Below, piece by piece: positions 30,203 through 38,632 of a stretch of DNA of 64,000 nucleotides (positions within the stretch are counted from its first letter, which is position 1; every line of letters begins with the position of its first letter). The position numbers were made by a program, and so were the translations under genes. The notes beneath the pieces were generated by a model. The model searched no databases and had not been told where the DNA came from. It was given only the letters and a program-made list of their open reading frames with translations. Source of the DNA: Candidatus Omnitrophota bacterium (GTDB lineage: Bacteria; Omnitrophota; Gorgyraeia; Zapsychrales; Zapsychraceae); assembly GCA_015233115.1 (NCBI GenBank), contig JADFYJ010000002.1:111216-175215 (forward strand), read 5' to 3'.

Positions 30203-31375
30203 TTAATAAGCAGTGGAAATGTCTCTTACTTTTTTAACCACTTGCGTCATTTTTTCGATCGTATACAGGATTTCTTTTTCAGTAGTTTCCCTTCCTGAAC
30301 TGATACGGATCGAACCATGCGCGCGTTCAACAGGTATGCCGGTTGCCAACAGAACATGCGACGGATCCAATGAACCTGAGGCGCAGGCTGAACCAGTCGA
30401 TACGGCAATGCCTTCCAAATCAAGATACAAAAGAATTGATTCGCCCTCGACTCCGCCAAACGAAACATTCAAAGTCCCGGGCAAACAATCTTCCGGATGT
30501 CCGTTAAACGATATATCGGAAATATTTTTCTGCAGGCCTTGCTTCAAAATTTGTTTAAGCTTGAGCAAGCGTTTAGCTTCATCCGGCATTTCTATTGTAC
30601 GCATATCCACCGCTTTACCAAACGCGATGATTCCCAAAGTATTCTCTGTTCCGGCGCGGCGGCCTTTTTCCTGATGCCCGCCTCTGATCAACGGGCAAAA
30701 ACGTACGCCTTTTTTCACATACAAAGCTCCGACCCCTTTAGGCCCATATAACTTGTGGGCGGAAATCGTCAAAAAATCCACATCCAGATTTTTCACGTTA
30801 ATCGGCATTTTTCCAACAGCCTGTACCGCGTCCGTATGAAACAAAGCTCCTGAATGATGCGCGATCTGCGCCAGCGTTTTAATATCCTGAATTGTCCCAA
30901 TTTCATTATTCGCTGTCATCACGGAAACCAAACCGGTTTTATCCGTGATCAATTTCTCCAACTGATCAACTTTGACTTTACCATATTGATCAACCGGCAA
31001 ATATTGGACTGTCGCACCCCGGTTATCAATGCATTTGGATGATTCCAGAATACAAGGATGTTCGATCGTTGAGGTAATAATTTCATGGCGCGCGGTCTGG
31101 CAATGACATTTATTGGGTGAACAGGGAACCATGGACAGCACTGTGTTGTTCGCTTCCGTCCCGCTGCCAACAAAAAAAACTTCTTCCGGGTCAGCACCAA
31201 TAAAATGGGCCACTTTACCGCGGGCTTCTTCTACTAACTTACGCGCTTCCCGCCCGAAACTGTGCATGCTGGAAGGATTGCCAAATACATCCAAAGAATC
31301 AGCAATTATCTTTTTAACTTCCGGATGCAAAGGCGTCGTGGCGTTATGATCTAAATAGACACGGAGAATTGGCAT
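30203..31375 (-). CDS. nifS: cysteine desulfurase (NifS/IscS class V aminotransferase)
   Basis: 390 aa, PLP lysine motif SAHKLYGPKG, active-site Cys loop SSGSACAS. Confidence 0.85.
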   Translation of the reverse strand: MPILRVYLDHNATTPLHPEVKKIIADSLDVFGNPSSMHSFGREARKLVEEARGKVAHFIGADPEEVFFVGSGTEANNTVLSMVPCSPNKCHCQTARHEIITSTIEHPCILESSKCIDNRGATVQYLPVDQYGKVKVDQLEKLITDKTGLVSVMTANNEIGTIQDIKTLAQIAHHSGALFHTDAVQAVGKMPINVKNLDVDFLTISAHKLYGPKGVGALYVKKGVRFCPLIRGGHQEKGRRAGTENTLGIIAFGKAVDMRTIEMPDEAKRLLKLKQILKQGLQKNISDISFNGHPEDCLPGTLNVSFGGVEGESILLYLDLEGIAVSTGSACASGSLDPSHVLLATGIPVERAHGSIRISSGRETTEKEILYTIEKMTQVVKKVRDISTAY

Positions 31376-31396
31376 ATTGTTTTATCCTAATTTAAG

Positions 31397-31528
31397 AGTA
31401 TGTAGTATGTAGCATGTCGTATGTAGTAAAAAAACAAAAACAACGCTATTTTACTTTAACAAATTTAACTTTTTTGTTCTTTTTTCAATCGCTTTTGCCA
31501 CATACCACATGCTACATGCTACATACTG
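31397..31528. repeat. family A MITE-like element copy 4
   Basis: Arms 31397-31427 and 31497-31528 (GTATGTAGTATGTAGCATGTCGTATGTAG / CCACATACCACATGCTACATGCTACATAC), core shares AAAAAACAAAAAC...CGCTTTTGCCAC with other copies. Confidence 0.75.
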
Positions 31529-31534
31529 TTTTTA

Positions 31535-32128
31535 TTATTTTTCCAGTAAGAATATACAATTAAGCGCTAAAAGATTTTTAAAACGGTTAATCACTTGATT
31601 TTTCGCGATCCCTTTTTCTTTAAGAATTCTGATTTTATTCTCATCGCAAAAATCCCGGAAATCCTTGATACTTAAAAAACGTAAGTTGGGTGTATCAAAC
31701 CACTCAAACGGCAGTTCTTTAGTGACCGGAACCCGGCCGTTAAACATGATCTGTAAACGCGCCTCCAAAGAACAAAAATTCGGGATACCGACAATGACTT
31801 TTTTACCAATGCGGAATGATTCCAAAATAACCTGTTTCGGGTAATACACCTGCTGTAAACTTTCATTCAAGATCACATAATCAAATCTCTTATCCGAGAA
31901 ATCCGTCAATTCTGTGTCAATATCGCCATGATTAACGCTTAATCCTTTTTCAATGCACTGGTATATCAATTTTTCGTCGAGTTCAATGCCTGTCACCCGG
32001 CACTGTTTTTGGTCTTTCAGCAAATACATTAAATCTCCATCCCCGCACCCTAAATCCAAAACCGTTGCTCCCGGTTTGACCATATCCAAAATAATTTTAA
32101 AATCTAAACGTAACGGATTATTTTCCAT
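31535..32128 (-). CDS. metW: methionine biosynthesis protein MetW
   Basis: SAM-MTase-like LDLGCGDGDLM motif, ~198 aa from MENNPLRLD; overlaps metX stop by 11 nt (metXW operon). Confidence 0.8.
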   Translation of the reverse strand: MENNPLRLDFKIILDMVKPGATVLDLGCGDGDLMYLLKDQKQCRVTGIELDEKLIYQCIEKGLSVNHGDIDTELTDFSDKRFDYVILNESLQQVYYPKQVILESFRIGKKVIVGIPNFCSLEARLQIMFNGRVPVTKELPFEWFDTPNLRFLSIKDFRDFCDENKIRILKEKGIAKNQVINRFKNLLALNCIFLLEK

Positions 32129-33266
32129 TAACAATACCTGCCTCTTTAGCCACCCTATCCACAAAATGCAAAATCGCTTTTGACTGGTTATCCACTTCGA
32201 CCAAGAACGCGTCATGGCCATATTTGGAATTGATGCCAATGTCTGTCACATCCAAACTATTCGCTTTAAGCGCTTTAACAATCTGTTTGGTTTGAGTCGG
32301 CGGATACAACCAATCCGAAGTAAAAGAAACGACCAAAAATTTTGATTTAACTCCGGCAAACGCGTCTATCAGCTTACGGTCAGAAGCAAGGTCGAAATGA
32401 TCACATGCTTTTGACATATATAGCCACGAGTTAGCATCAAAACGCTGGACAAAACTATCTCCCCGATATTTAAGGTAATTGGCGACTTCGAAATGAGTTG
32501 AAAAATCATAACCCAGCCGTTCTGTATCAATCACTTTACGTCCGAATTTTTCTTCCATGGAATGGTCGCTCATATAAGTAATATGCCCGATCATGCGCGC
32601 GACAGCTAAACCGCGGGCGGGCACAGATTTTCCATAGTAATCACCGTTCTGCCAATCCGGGTCTGCCATAATCGCGTTACGCGCTACTTCATGAAAAGCG
32701 ATCTGTTGGGCAGAATGACGATAATTGGTCGCGATAACGATGGCAGATTCAAGCGCGTCCGGATATAAAACTGACCATTTAAGGGCCTGCATCCCGCCCA
32801 TTGATCCTCCAGCCGCGCACAACAATTTCTTTATTCCTAAATGATCGATCAATAATTTCTGGACTACTACCATGTCCCGGATCGTCACAACCGGAAAACT
32901 CAAGCCATATGGCTTTCCGGTATTTAAATTTATCGTAACCGGACCAGTTGTCCCTTTACAGCTCCCCAGAACATTTGAACAGATAACGAAGTATTTATTC
33001 GTATCAAAAGCTTTACCCGGGCCAATCATAGAATCCCACCACCCTGGCGTTTCTGAACCTTTATGATATCCCGCGGCATGCGCGTCACCTGTCAAAGCAT
33101 GCAAAATGAGTATAGCATTCGACTTCTCTTTATTCAGAACACCATATGTCTCATAAGCCACAGTAATAGGGCCTAGCTTCTCCTTGCATTTGAGTGTTAG
33201 CTCATGAGGAGGTTCGCAACAGGTAAAATATTGCGTTTCAACTATACCGACAGATCGTTCGTCCAT
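32118..33266 (-). CDS. metX: homoserine O-acetyltransferase
   Basis: 382 aa alpha/beta hydrolase, GGSMGGMQAL nucleophile elbow, typical MetX length and metW partner. Confidence 0.85.
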   Translation of the reverse strand: MDERSVGIVETQYFTCCEPPHELTLKCKEKLGPITVAYETYGVLNKEKSNAILILHALTGDAHAAGYHKGSETPGWWDSMIGPGKAFDTNKYFVICSNVLGSCKGTTGPVTINLNTGKPYGLSFPVVTIRDMVVVQKLLIDHLGIKKLLCAAGGSMGGMQALKWSVLYPDALESAIVIATNYRHSAQQIAFHEVARNAIMADPDWQNGDYYGKSVPARGLAVARMIGHITYMSDHSMEEKFGRKVIDTERLGYDFSTHFEVANYLKYRGDSFVQRFDANSWLYMSKACDHFDLASDRKLIDAFAGVKSKFLVVSFTSDWLYPPTQTKQIVKALKANSLDVTDIGINSKYGHDAFLVEVDNQSKAILHFVDRVAKEAGIVNGK

Positions 33267-33334
33267 AATATTATGTTTATATTTTTATAAAATTTAATAT
33301 TAAAATTAAGAAACCAAAATTGATAATTTATAAA

Positions 33335-33359
33335 CGGGAGGTCAGGAGACCTCCCCTAC
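33335..33359. repeat. REP-like hairpin CGGGAGGTCAGGAGACCTCCCCTAC in metX 5-prime leader
   Basis: Same motif as 7578-7603 (CGGGCGATCAGGAGATCGCCCCTAC) with compensatory stem changes (GCGATC/GATCGC -> GAGGTC/GACCTC). Confidence 0.6.
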
Positions 33360-33576
33360 AGATAACCTATATTGTTTCTCATTTTACTTCACTATTTCCT
33401 AAATTCAAGGGGAATATCAAAAACAGGGCCAAGTAAACGGTTACTGGGAAAATTGTTTAAACCTGCGGCATAAAACAAATGATTTATCGACGATAACACT
33501 CTTGAAAACTAGGTTGGCATTTCACTATTTCATCATGCTATACTCTAAGTGGGTCAAATGTTCTTTATAGATGTTA

Positions 33577-33706
33577 AAGGTAAACTACTCGAAAGAGTGG
33601 GGCCCGTGAACCATGTAAGGTTCACGGTCCTGAACCCAACGTGGTTCAGGAACAAAGCCGTGAAGCTAAAGTAATTTATTACTAAGCTTGTCTGGTTGCC
33701 GATAGG
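33577..33706 (+). ncRNA. candidate c-di-GMP-II-like riboswitch aptamer (with two inserted hairpins)
   Basis: GGTAAAC-CUACUC-GAAA-GAGUGG-G hairpin (GAAA tetraloop, 6-bp stem) then GAACAAAGCCG, a hairpin GAAGCU..AAGCUU, and 3-prime GGUUGCCGAUAGG; this parallels the recalled c-di-GMP-II aptamer GGGCAAAC-CAUUC-GAAA-GAGUGG-GACGCAAAGCC...GGGGUUACCGAUGG. Confidence 0.4.
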
Positions 33707-33730
33707 AATCGTTAAATCCATTTCACTTCA

Positions 33731-33758
33731 GCCCTCTCTCTTTTATGAGGGTTTTTTT
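33731..33758 (+). terminator. putative intrinsic terminator / expression platform of the riboswitch candidate
   Basis: GCCCTCTCTCTTTTATGAGGGTTTTTTT: short GC stem followed by 7 T, 30 nt before the small ORF start codon. Confidence 0.4.
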
Positions 33759-33787
33759 ATTGGCCCTAAAAAGGCAAGGAGCTGAAG

Positions 33788-34039
33788 ATGAAAAAAATAC
33801 TGTTTATTTTTTTAATGGTTATAGGCGCGTCATATGCCTGGGCAGAAACACAAAGTTTCAATATATCCTTAACTATTCCAGCTATTATCGGCGTCAATGT
33901 ACCAATGCCCACTTATTCACCCACAGCTGACACGCTTAAACAAAACACTGAAAACAACAACGCCAGCCAGCAAATATCAACAGAATCCATTTTCAAAGAC
34001 GGGCAACAAACCATCATCAAAACAGTTATGGTAAAATAA
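33788..34039 (+). CDS. small secreted protein (83 aa), unknown function
   Basis: AAGGAG RBS 7 nt upstream of ATG; N-terminal signal peptide MKKILFIFLMVIGASYAWA; convergent with fimbria-like operon. Confidence 0.5.
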   Translation: MKKILFIFLMVIGASYAWAETQSFNISLTIPAIIGVNVPMPTYSPTADTLKQNTENNNASQQISTESIFKDGQQTIIKTVMVK

Positions 34040-34040
34040 T

Positions 34041-34078
34041 CACCGCGTCGGTGGGCCATTGGACCTCCGAGGCGGTGG
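34041..34078. terminator. bidirectional intrinsic terminator between convergent genes
   Basis: CACCGCGTCGG-loop-CCGAGGCGGTGG hairpin with U-rich tracts on both strands. Confidence 0.45.
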
Positions 34079-34087
34079 TCCCTCGGT

Positions 34088-37051
34088 TTATTTTCCTTTT
34101 AACGGCACATAAAATACATACGTTGAACCTTCTTCGATTGTTAATGACTTCTGAAGTTTGATCTTCGGCAAATAATCCAGCGGAATTGAATTTATATCAA
34201 CGCTCAAGCGGTGATTACCCGGCAATACATTTTGGAATGTGTAGGTTCCTTCCATATCCGAATAAACTGTCGTTTTACCGTCTAAGAATATCTTCACTTG
34301 ACCAATAGTTTTTTCACCTGTATCAGGTTTGCCGTTATTATTCTCATCCACAAATACCATCCCGTAAATGCTCGTGTTGGTAGAGGTGCCAAAACTCAGT
34401 AATTGGGTTTTATATGCGGCCAAATTAACGGTCTTTGTATTAGGAGTTGATAACACATACCCCGGTGGCAAAGAACCGACATCAATCGAAACAGTCACGA
34501 GTTTCGCTCTGATCTTTCCAAAATAATGTCCATTCTTATCAGTCTTGACTTGTTTGCGGCCGATCTTAATTTTGACATTGGGCAAACCAGGTTCATTATA
34601 TTCGCGGCTGCCATTTGAATTAAGGTCTTTAAACACATACCCTTCAATCCGCCCCACCGCTGTCCACGCGAATGGAGTTTCCAGAGAAGTTTTCACGCCG
34701 CCCCGCACATCCAATTCAGTATACATATGGCCGCCCGGAATCGAAGGCCACACTTTGCGTGTGCGGCCATCTAAATAAAGTTGAAAATCTTCCGATACTG
34801 AATAAGTTGAAGTAATTCCACCGTTAAAACTATCTTCCCCGGCTAAAAAACTGTTGATAGCTGCCGCGTTTTGCTCTCTCCGATAAGACACATCTAAAGC
34901 ATTGTTTAAGTGATCGCCGATCTGATTATTGTAAGATAACCCCGTCGTTAAAACGCCGGGCATAACAAATTTGCCTGTAGAAAAATTATAAATCCAGGAA
35001 TACTGATATGTGGTGTAAGAGGTTAAATCTTTTATCAACGGGACACTCATTCCCGCCGTTGTTGAATAACGGTCATAATCGGATTCATCAGAAAAACTAT
35101 ACCGGCTTTTTTGATACATTCCCTGAATATACGCGTTCATTTTTTGATTCCCCCAAATCGGAAGATATTTCGAATACGTTGAGGAATATTGAAAATTCGT
35201 GCGAGGGGAAAGCTGTTGCGGCGTAGTCGTAAAATAAATAGCCTGATTGATTGTACCATCGGTCGTAAACGGTACCACCAGCGTGGAATTAAAATCATAA
35301 TTCAGTCCATTAGGATTTTCTTCATTCGGTAAAAGCCGATCCTGAAAAGTGTCTAACGAAGCTGTCCAATTCGCATCTGTATAAGGAGTCCAATCCAATG
35401 TTAATAGCCCGCCTACCTCCCCCTGGCCTGACGGCGCACCAGTAATCGTTTTGAAATCCGGTTGAATATTCCGGTAACTGACCCCTGTTTTTAAACCATC
35501 CACTTCATAAACACTTTTTACAGTGTGGGCCGTACGGCTTTGGTCATACGCCACTTCTGCTTCATTTAAAACATTTTTAAACGTCCTAGCCTGCCCTTGC
35601 AATGAAAAAACTTTTTCTTTTAGGTTTTCATCCCGGTCCAGTCCATAGCCACGGGCATAATTAAAGGCAAGCTTGTTATCCCGTTCTGGAAATAACTCCA
35701 CTCTAGTCCCTTCAATAAACGCATCGCGTGGGTGTGTTGAGGCCTGGCCAGAGGATAACAAACCATAACTGTTTTGTTCCCGTCCCCAAAAACTGGTTAA
35801 TCCAATAGTTTTATGCAGAATTTCTCCCTTACCGGTCAACCCACGATAATTCTCTCCGGTCACAGTCAGTGGAGAGAAGGTGGTCATAGCATCGTAGCCC
35901 CGCAACTCGAGCTTTTCAAACGGATAAATTCGGGCATCAGTCAACCCGACGGTATAATACGTCGGCGGGGTCTTATCCGCGAATTTTTCCATGGTCAAAC
36001 TGCTGTCAAATTTTCCCACCGGTACTTCCCCGACCACATTAACATTATAAATTATACCTAAATTGAGTTTACGTAAATTTGAATACGACGGACCGCTATA
36101 AATAGAACTCCAATCCACAGAACTGCCTACCCGGAACGGTTTAGCAATTTGAAAAATTTGTTCCCGCTGTAACGCCATACTATTCCGGTCAAGGGGCACG
36201 ATCACGTTCACATCGAAACTCCACCGCCCTTTATTATCCCAAACATACACGATGGTCGTCCCCAAACTCACAGCCTTAACTAAAATCTGATCCCGGTCAA
36301 TCCGTTCAATTTCTAAAGAACCAGGTGAGACGACTAAAAATTTATCTATATTTTTTCCTTCTATTAAAATTGCGGTTCGAAAACTCAGGCGTAATGGCGC
36401 GTTCGGCTGATGTTTCCAAGCTTCATCGTTGAGTTTTAAAGTTGAAGAAGGTTTGACCTTCGGAGCTGGAAGTTCTTTAGCTTGTCGACCTTCGTTTAAT
36501 CCAACAGATTGAGATGGCACATCCAAAATAGGCTGAGTATTGGTTGTTTGAGCCGGAAAATTTTCTAAAGAAACAGCCGTTTGCTCTCCCTCGGCTTCAT
36601 TCAATGACTGGTTAATTAAATCCAGCCGGTTAAATGGTTTCGTCTTTTGTTCAACCGTTTGCAAGGCCTGTTGCACTTTTTGTTCGCGGGATATTTTATT
36701 TTTGATCGGAGCATGCGGAACGATCAGATAATCTAACGAAGGCGGAGCATCAGATGACTCTGCTTTATCAGACGAAATAACGACCACTTTATGATCCTGC
36801 AAACGTTTGATGAGATTGATATATTCTTTTGGTTCTGTCGTTGATGGCTCGACTAATTGTGCCTCAGAAAAATAGCGGATCGCGGAATTGTAATCTTTGC
36901 GGCCAAAAGCACTTTTACCTTTTTGAAGGCAATAAGAATACGCCATGGAATATTCGGTTGAATATCCATTATCAACAAAAGAAAAAATTAATAATATTAA
37001 GATTAAATAGAAACGGAATTTTCCCAGCATGCTGGAATTGTAACATCCCAA
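34088..37051 (-). CDS. 987-aa outer-membrane-type protein: signal peptide, secretin-N-like (pilus formation N-terminal) domain, large beta-rich region, two C-terminal CnaB/SdrD-B-type domains; candidate assembly platform/usher analogue
   Basis: Signal peptide; segment LVVSPGSLEIERIDRDQILVKAVSLGTTIVYVWDNKGRWSFDVNV matches T2SS/T3SS pilus-formation N domain pattern; Y/G/S/T/N-rich amphipathic stretch 290-790; GYVFKDLNSNGSREYNEPGLPNVKIKI and GMVFVDENNNGKPDTGEKTIGQVKIFLDGKTTVYSDMEGTYTF are CnaB/SdrD-B-like. Confidence 0.5.
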   Translation of the reverse strand: MGCYNSSMLGKFRFYLILILLIFSFVDNGYSTEYSMAYSYCLQKGKSAFGRKDYNSAIRYFSEAQLVEPSTTEPKEYINLIKRLQDHKVVVISSDKAESSDAPPSLDYLIVPHAPIKNKISREQKVQQALQTVEQKTKPFNRLDLINQSLNEAEGEQTAVSLENFPAQTTNTQPILDVPSQSVGLNEGRQAKELPAPKVKPSSTLKLNDEAWKHQPNAPLRLSFRTAILIEGKNIDKFLVVSPGSLEIERIDRDQILVKAVSLGTTIVYVWDNKGRWSFDVNVIVPLDRNSMALQREQIFQIAKPFRVGSSVDWSSIYSGPSYSNLRKLNLGIIYNVNVVGEVPVGKFDSSLTMEKFADKTPPTYYTVGLTDARIYPFEKLELRGYDAMTTFSPLTVTGENYRGLTGKGEILHKTIGLTSFWGREQNSYGLLSSGQASTHPRDAFIEGTRVELFPERDNKLAFNYARGYGLDRDENLKEKVFSLQGQARTFKNVLNEAEVAYDQSRTAHTVKSVYEVDGLKTGVSYRNIQPDFKTITGAPSGQGEVGGLLTLDWTPYTDANWTASLDTFQDRLLPNEENPNGLNYDFNSTLVVPFTTDGTINQAIYFTTTPQQLSPRTNFQYSSTYSKYLPIWGNQKMNAYIQGMYQKSRYSFSDESDYDRYSTTAGMSVPLIKDLTSYTTYQYSWIYNFSTGKFVMPGVLTTGLSYNNQIGDHLNNALDVSYRREQNAAAINSFLAGEDSFNGGITSTYSVSEDFQLYLDGRTRKVWPSIPGGHMYTELDVRGGVKTSLETPFAWTAVGRIEGYVFKDLNSNGSREYNEPGLPNVKIKIGRKQVKTDKNGHYFGKIRAKLVTVSIDVGSLPPGYVLSTPNTKTVNLAAYKTQLLSFGTSTNTSIYGMVFVDENNNGKPDTGEKTIGQVKIFLDGKTTVYSDMEGTYTFQNVLPGNHRLSVDINSIPLDYLPKIKLQKSLTIEEGSTYVFYVPLKGK

Positions 37052-37069
37052 TGGAGGGCATAAAAGGAA

Positions 37070-37864
37070 TTAGTCAGAAATTTTAGTAATCTGATAATTA
37101 CCGGAAGCATCCTTTGAAAACGTGATTTCTTTGACGACGGAATCACCCTCTTGTAAATCTAAGGTCAATACTAATGTCTGAATGCCGCTTGATGCTTTTA
37201 GTGGAATTGTCACATCCGTATTTTTTCCCGGAGGAAGATAAATATTTTCCAATTCTCCCCGGTCACTCACCATCCCGTCATTCGTCATAACATAATAGAT
37301 AGCATGCGCGACTAAGATCACATTGCCTTTATTTGCTATTTTTGCTTTGATCGCGGATCCGGAAACAGCCACATCCGAGATGACCGCTTTCTTATCTTTA
37401 TCTGTCGGTTCGATAAAAAACAAACTTCCGACCCGCGTGACAATATTAACGCCTTTCCCTTCAATCACTGCGGCTTGCGGCCGATTTTCAAAAAACAATA
37501 CCCCGTAATGCCCTTCATGAATAGCCGCAGGAACTTTAACCGAATAAGAAATTTTCTGATTACTGAGAGGGGGCAATTTAAAACTTTCCGGAGAAAAACT
37601 CACCCAATCCGCGGCTGACGCCAGCCCTAAACCTTTGGCTAAAAATTCTTTATTACCATCATAGGGGGAAACATAATTAAAATCCTGCCAATACACTTTG
37701 ATATCCAATGGTTTATCAGACGTGTTATGCACGGTGATTGAACCGCTCACCGTGTTGCCCGGTTCCGCGTTAATATTGATTTTCCCTTCTTCCAAAAAGA
37801 TCTGCGCGAATGCGCTTGATACGAGGACAAACACCAAGATGATCGACAGTATAATTTTTTTCAT
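37070..37864 (-). CDS. periplasmic two-Ig-domain protein, possible fimbrial chaperone-like
   Basis: Signal peptide MKKIILSIILVFVLVSSAFA; ~245 aa mature, beta-strand-rich with ININAEPGNTVSGSITVHNTSDKPLDIKVYW pattern reminiscent of PapD-like N-domain; gene 18 nt upstream of the 987-aa gene. Confidence 0.35.
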   Translation of the reverse strand: MKKIILSIILVFVLVSSAFAQIFLEEGKININAEPGNTVSGSITVHNTSDKPLDIKVYWQDFNYVSPYDGNKEFLAKGLGLASAADWVSFSPESFKLPPLSNQKISYSVKVPAAIHEGHYGVLFFENRPQAAVIEGKGVNIVTRVGSLFFIEPTDKDKKAVISDVAVSGSAIKAKIANKGNVILVAHAIYYVMTNDGMVSDRGELENIYLPPGKNTDVTIPLKASSGIQTLVLTLDLQEGDSVVKEITFSKDASGNYQITKISD

Positions 37865-37956
37865 AGCTACCCCCATTGGTATTAAGCGGTTCTGCCAGTC
37901 TTAAATTTAAGATTAAACAGAACCGCCCAATATTTTTATCACTACAACGTATTTAA

Positions 37957-38583
37957 TTAATTCGTTGTTGCTGAAACCGTCAATGTACCGCTATAATCAC
38001 CAGTCACATCTGCTGCTGTTGTAAAAGTCAGATCTGAATCTGGAGTTGATCCATCCGCCTTACCACGCCAAATACCTAAATAAATACGGAACCATCCTGG
38101 TGATAAAGTGGCTTTAGGAATACTAGGCGGGATATTCCTAAGTGCCTTTGTGGCAAGGTTCGTTTCCTTAGTATTTCCCGGTTGGGTTGTATCATATACA
38201 GCTTTTTGTAAAGTAGCCAAAATCCTGTATCCCAAACCCTTTGTCGCTGCTCCAGGAAGAGCTCCTTCTTTATAGCTCAAAGTAACCGTAACCGGCCTAC
38301 CAGCTGTATTTGATGCTTCAATCACATAAGATGTATTACTATAAAAAACTTTGTTGACATCATCAAACTTAAGAATACCAAAATCTAGTTTCGGGCCGAT
38401 ATCTGTGGTCCACACATAGTCTGCTCCACCCGACGCGTTAGCTGTTCCCTGATGTGACACGAGCAGAATATCACCTGCTGATGTAGGAACATTCGCGGAA
38501 ACCGTGTAGTCATTCGCTTCAGCGATGCTGAAGACAAATGCTGTCGCGGCCAGCGCCATAGTTAATAAAATTAGTTTTTTCAT
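37957..38583 (-). CDS. secreted ~185-aa subunit-like protein, paralog of 40105-40764
   Basis: Signal peptide; shares KGLGY(R/K) and C-terminal GTLT(V/I)S(A/T)TTN with paralog. Confidence 0.5.
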   Translation of the reverse strand: MKKLILLTMALAATAFVFSIAEANDYTVSANVPTSAGDILLVSHQGTANASGGADYVWTTDIGPKLDFGILKFDDVNKVFYSNTSYVIEASNTAGRPVTVTLSYKEGALPGAATKGLGYRILATLQKAVYDTTQPGNTKETNLATKALRNIPPSIPKATLSPGWFRIYLGIWRGKADGSTPDSDLTFTTAADVTGDYSGTLTVSATTN

Positions 38584-38632
38584 TTTCTCTTCTCCTTCTT
38601 GGTTTTACTTCTTAGTTTTATTTTGTATGACT

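Noticed and set aside
33267-33560. SAM-I riboswitch upstream of metX
   Set aside because: The reverse-complement leader lacks the GAGGGA / GGCCC / GCAACC core elements. Only partial chance similarities (UUCAAGAG, ACUUGGCCC) were seen.
34088-37051. Calling the 987-aa protein a secretin (CpaC/RcpA) or a classical fimbrial usher
   Set aside because: Only the N-terminal pilus-formation domain resembles secretin N-domains. There is no C-terminal secretin domain signature and no usher plug or N-terminal usher motifs that I can recognise, so it is left as an atypical platform.
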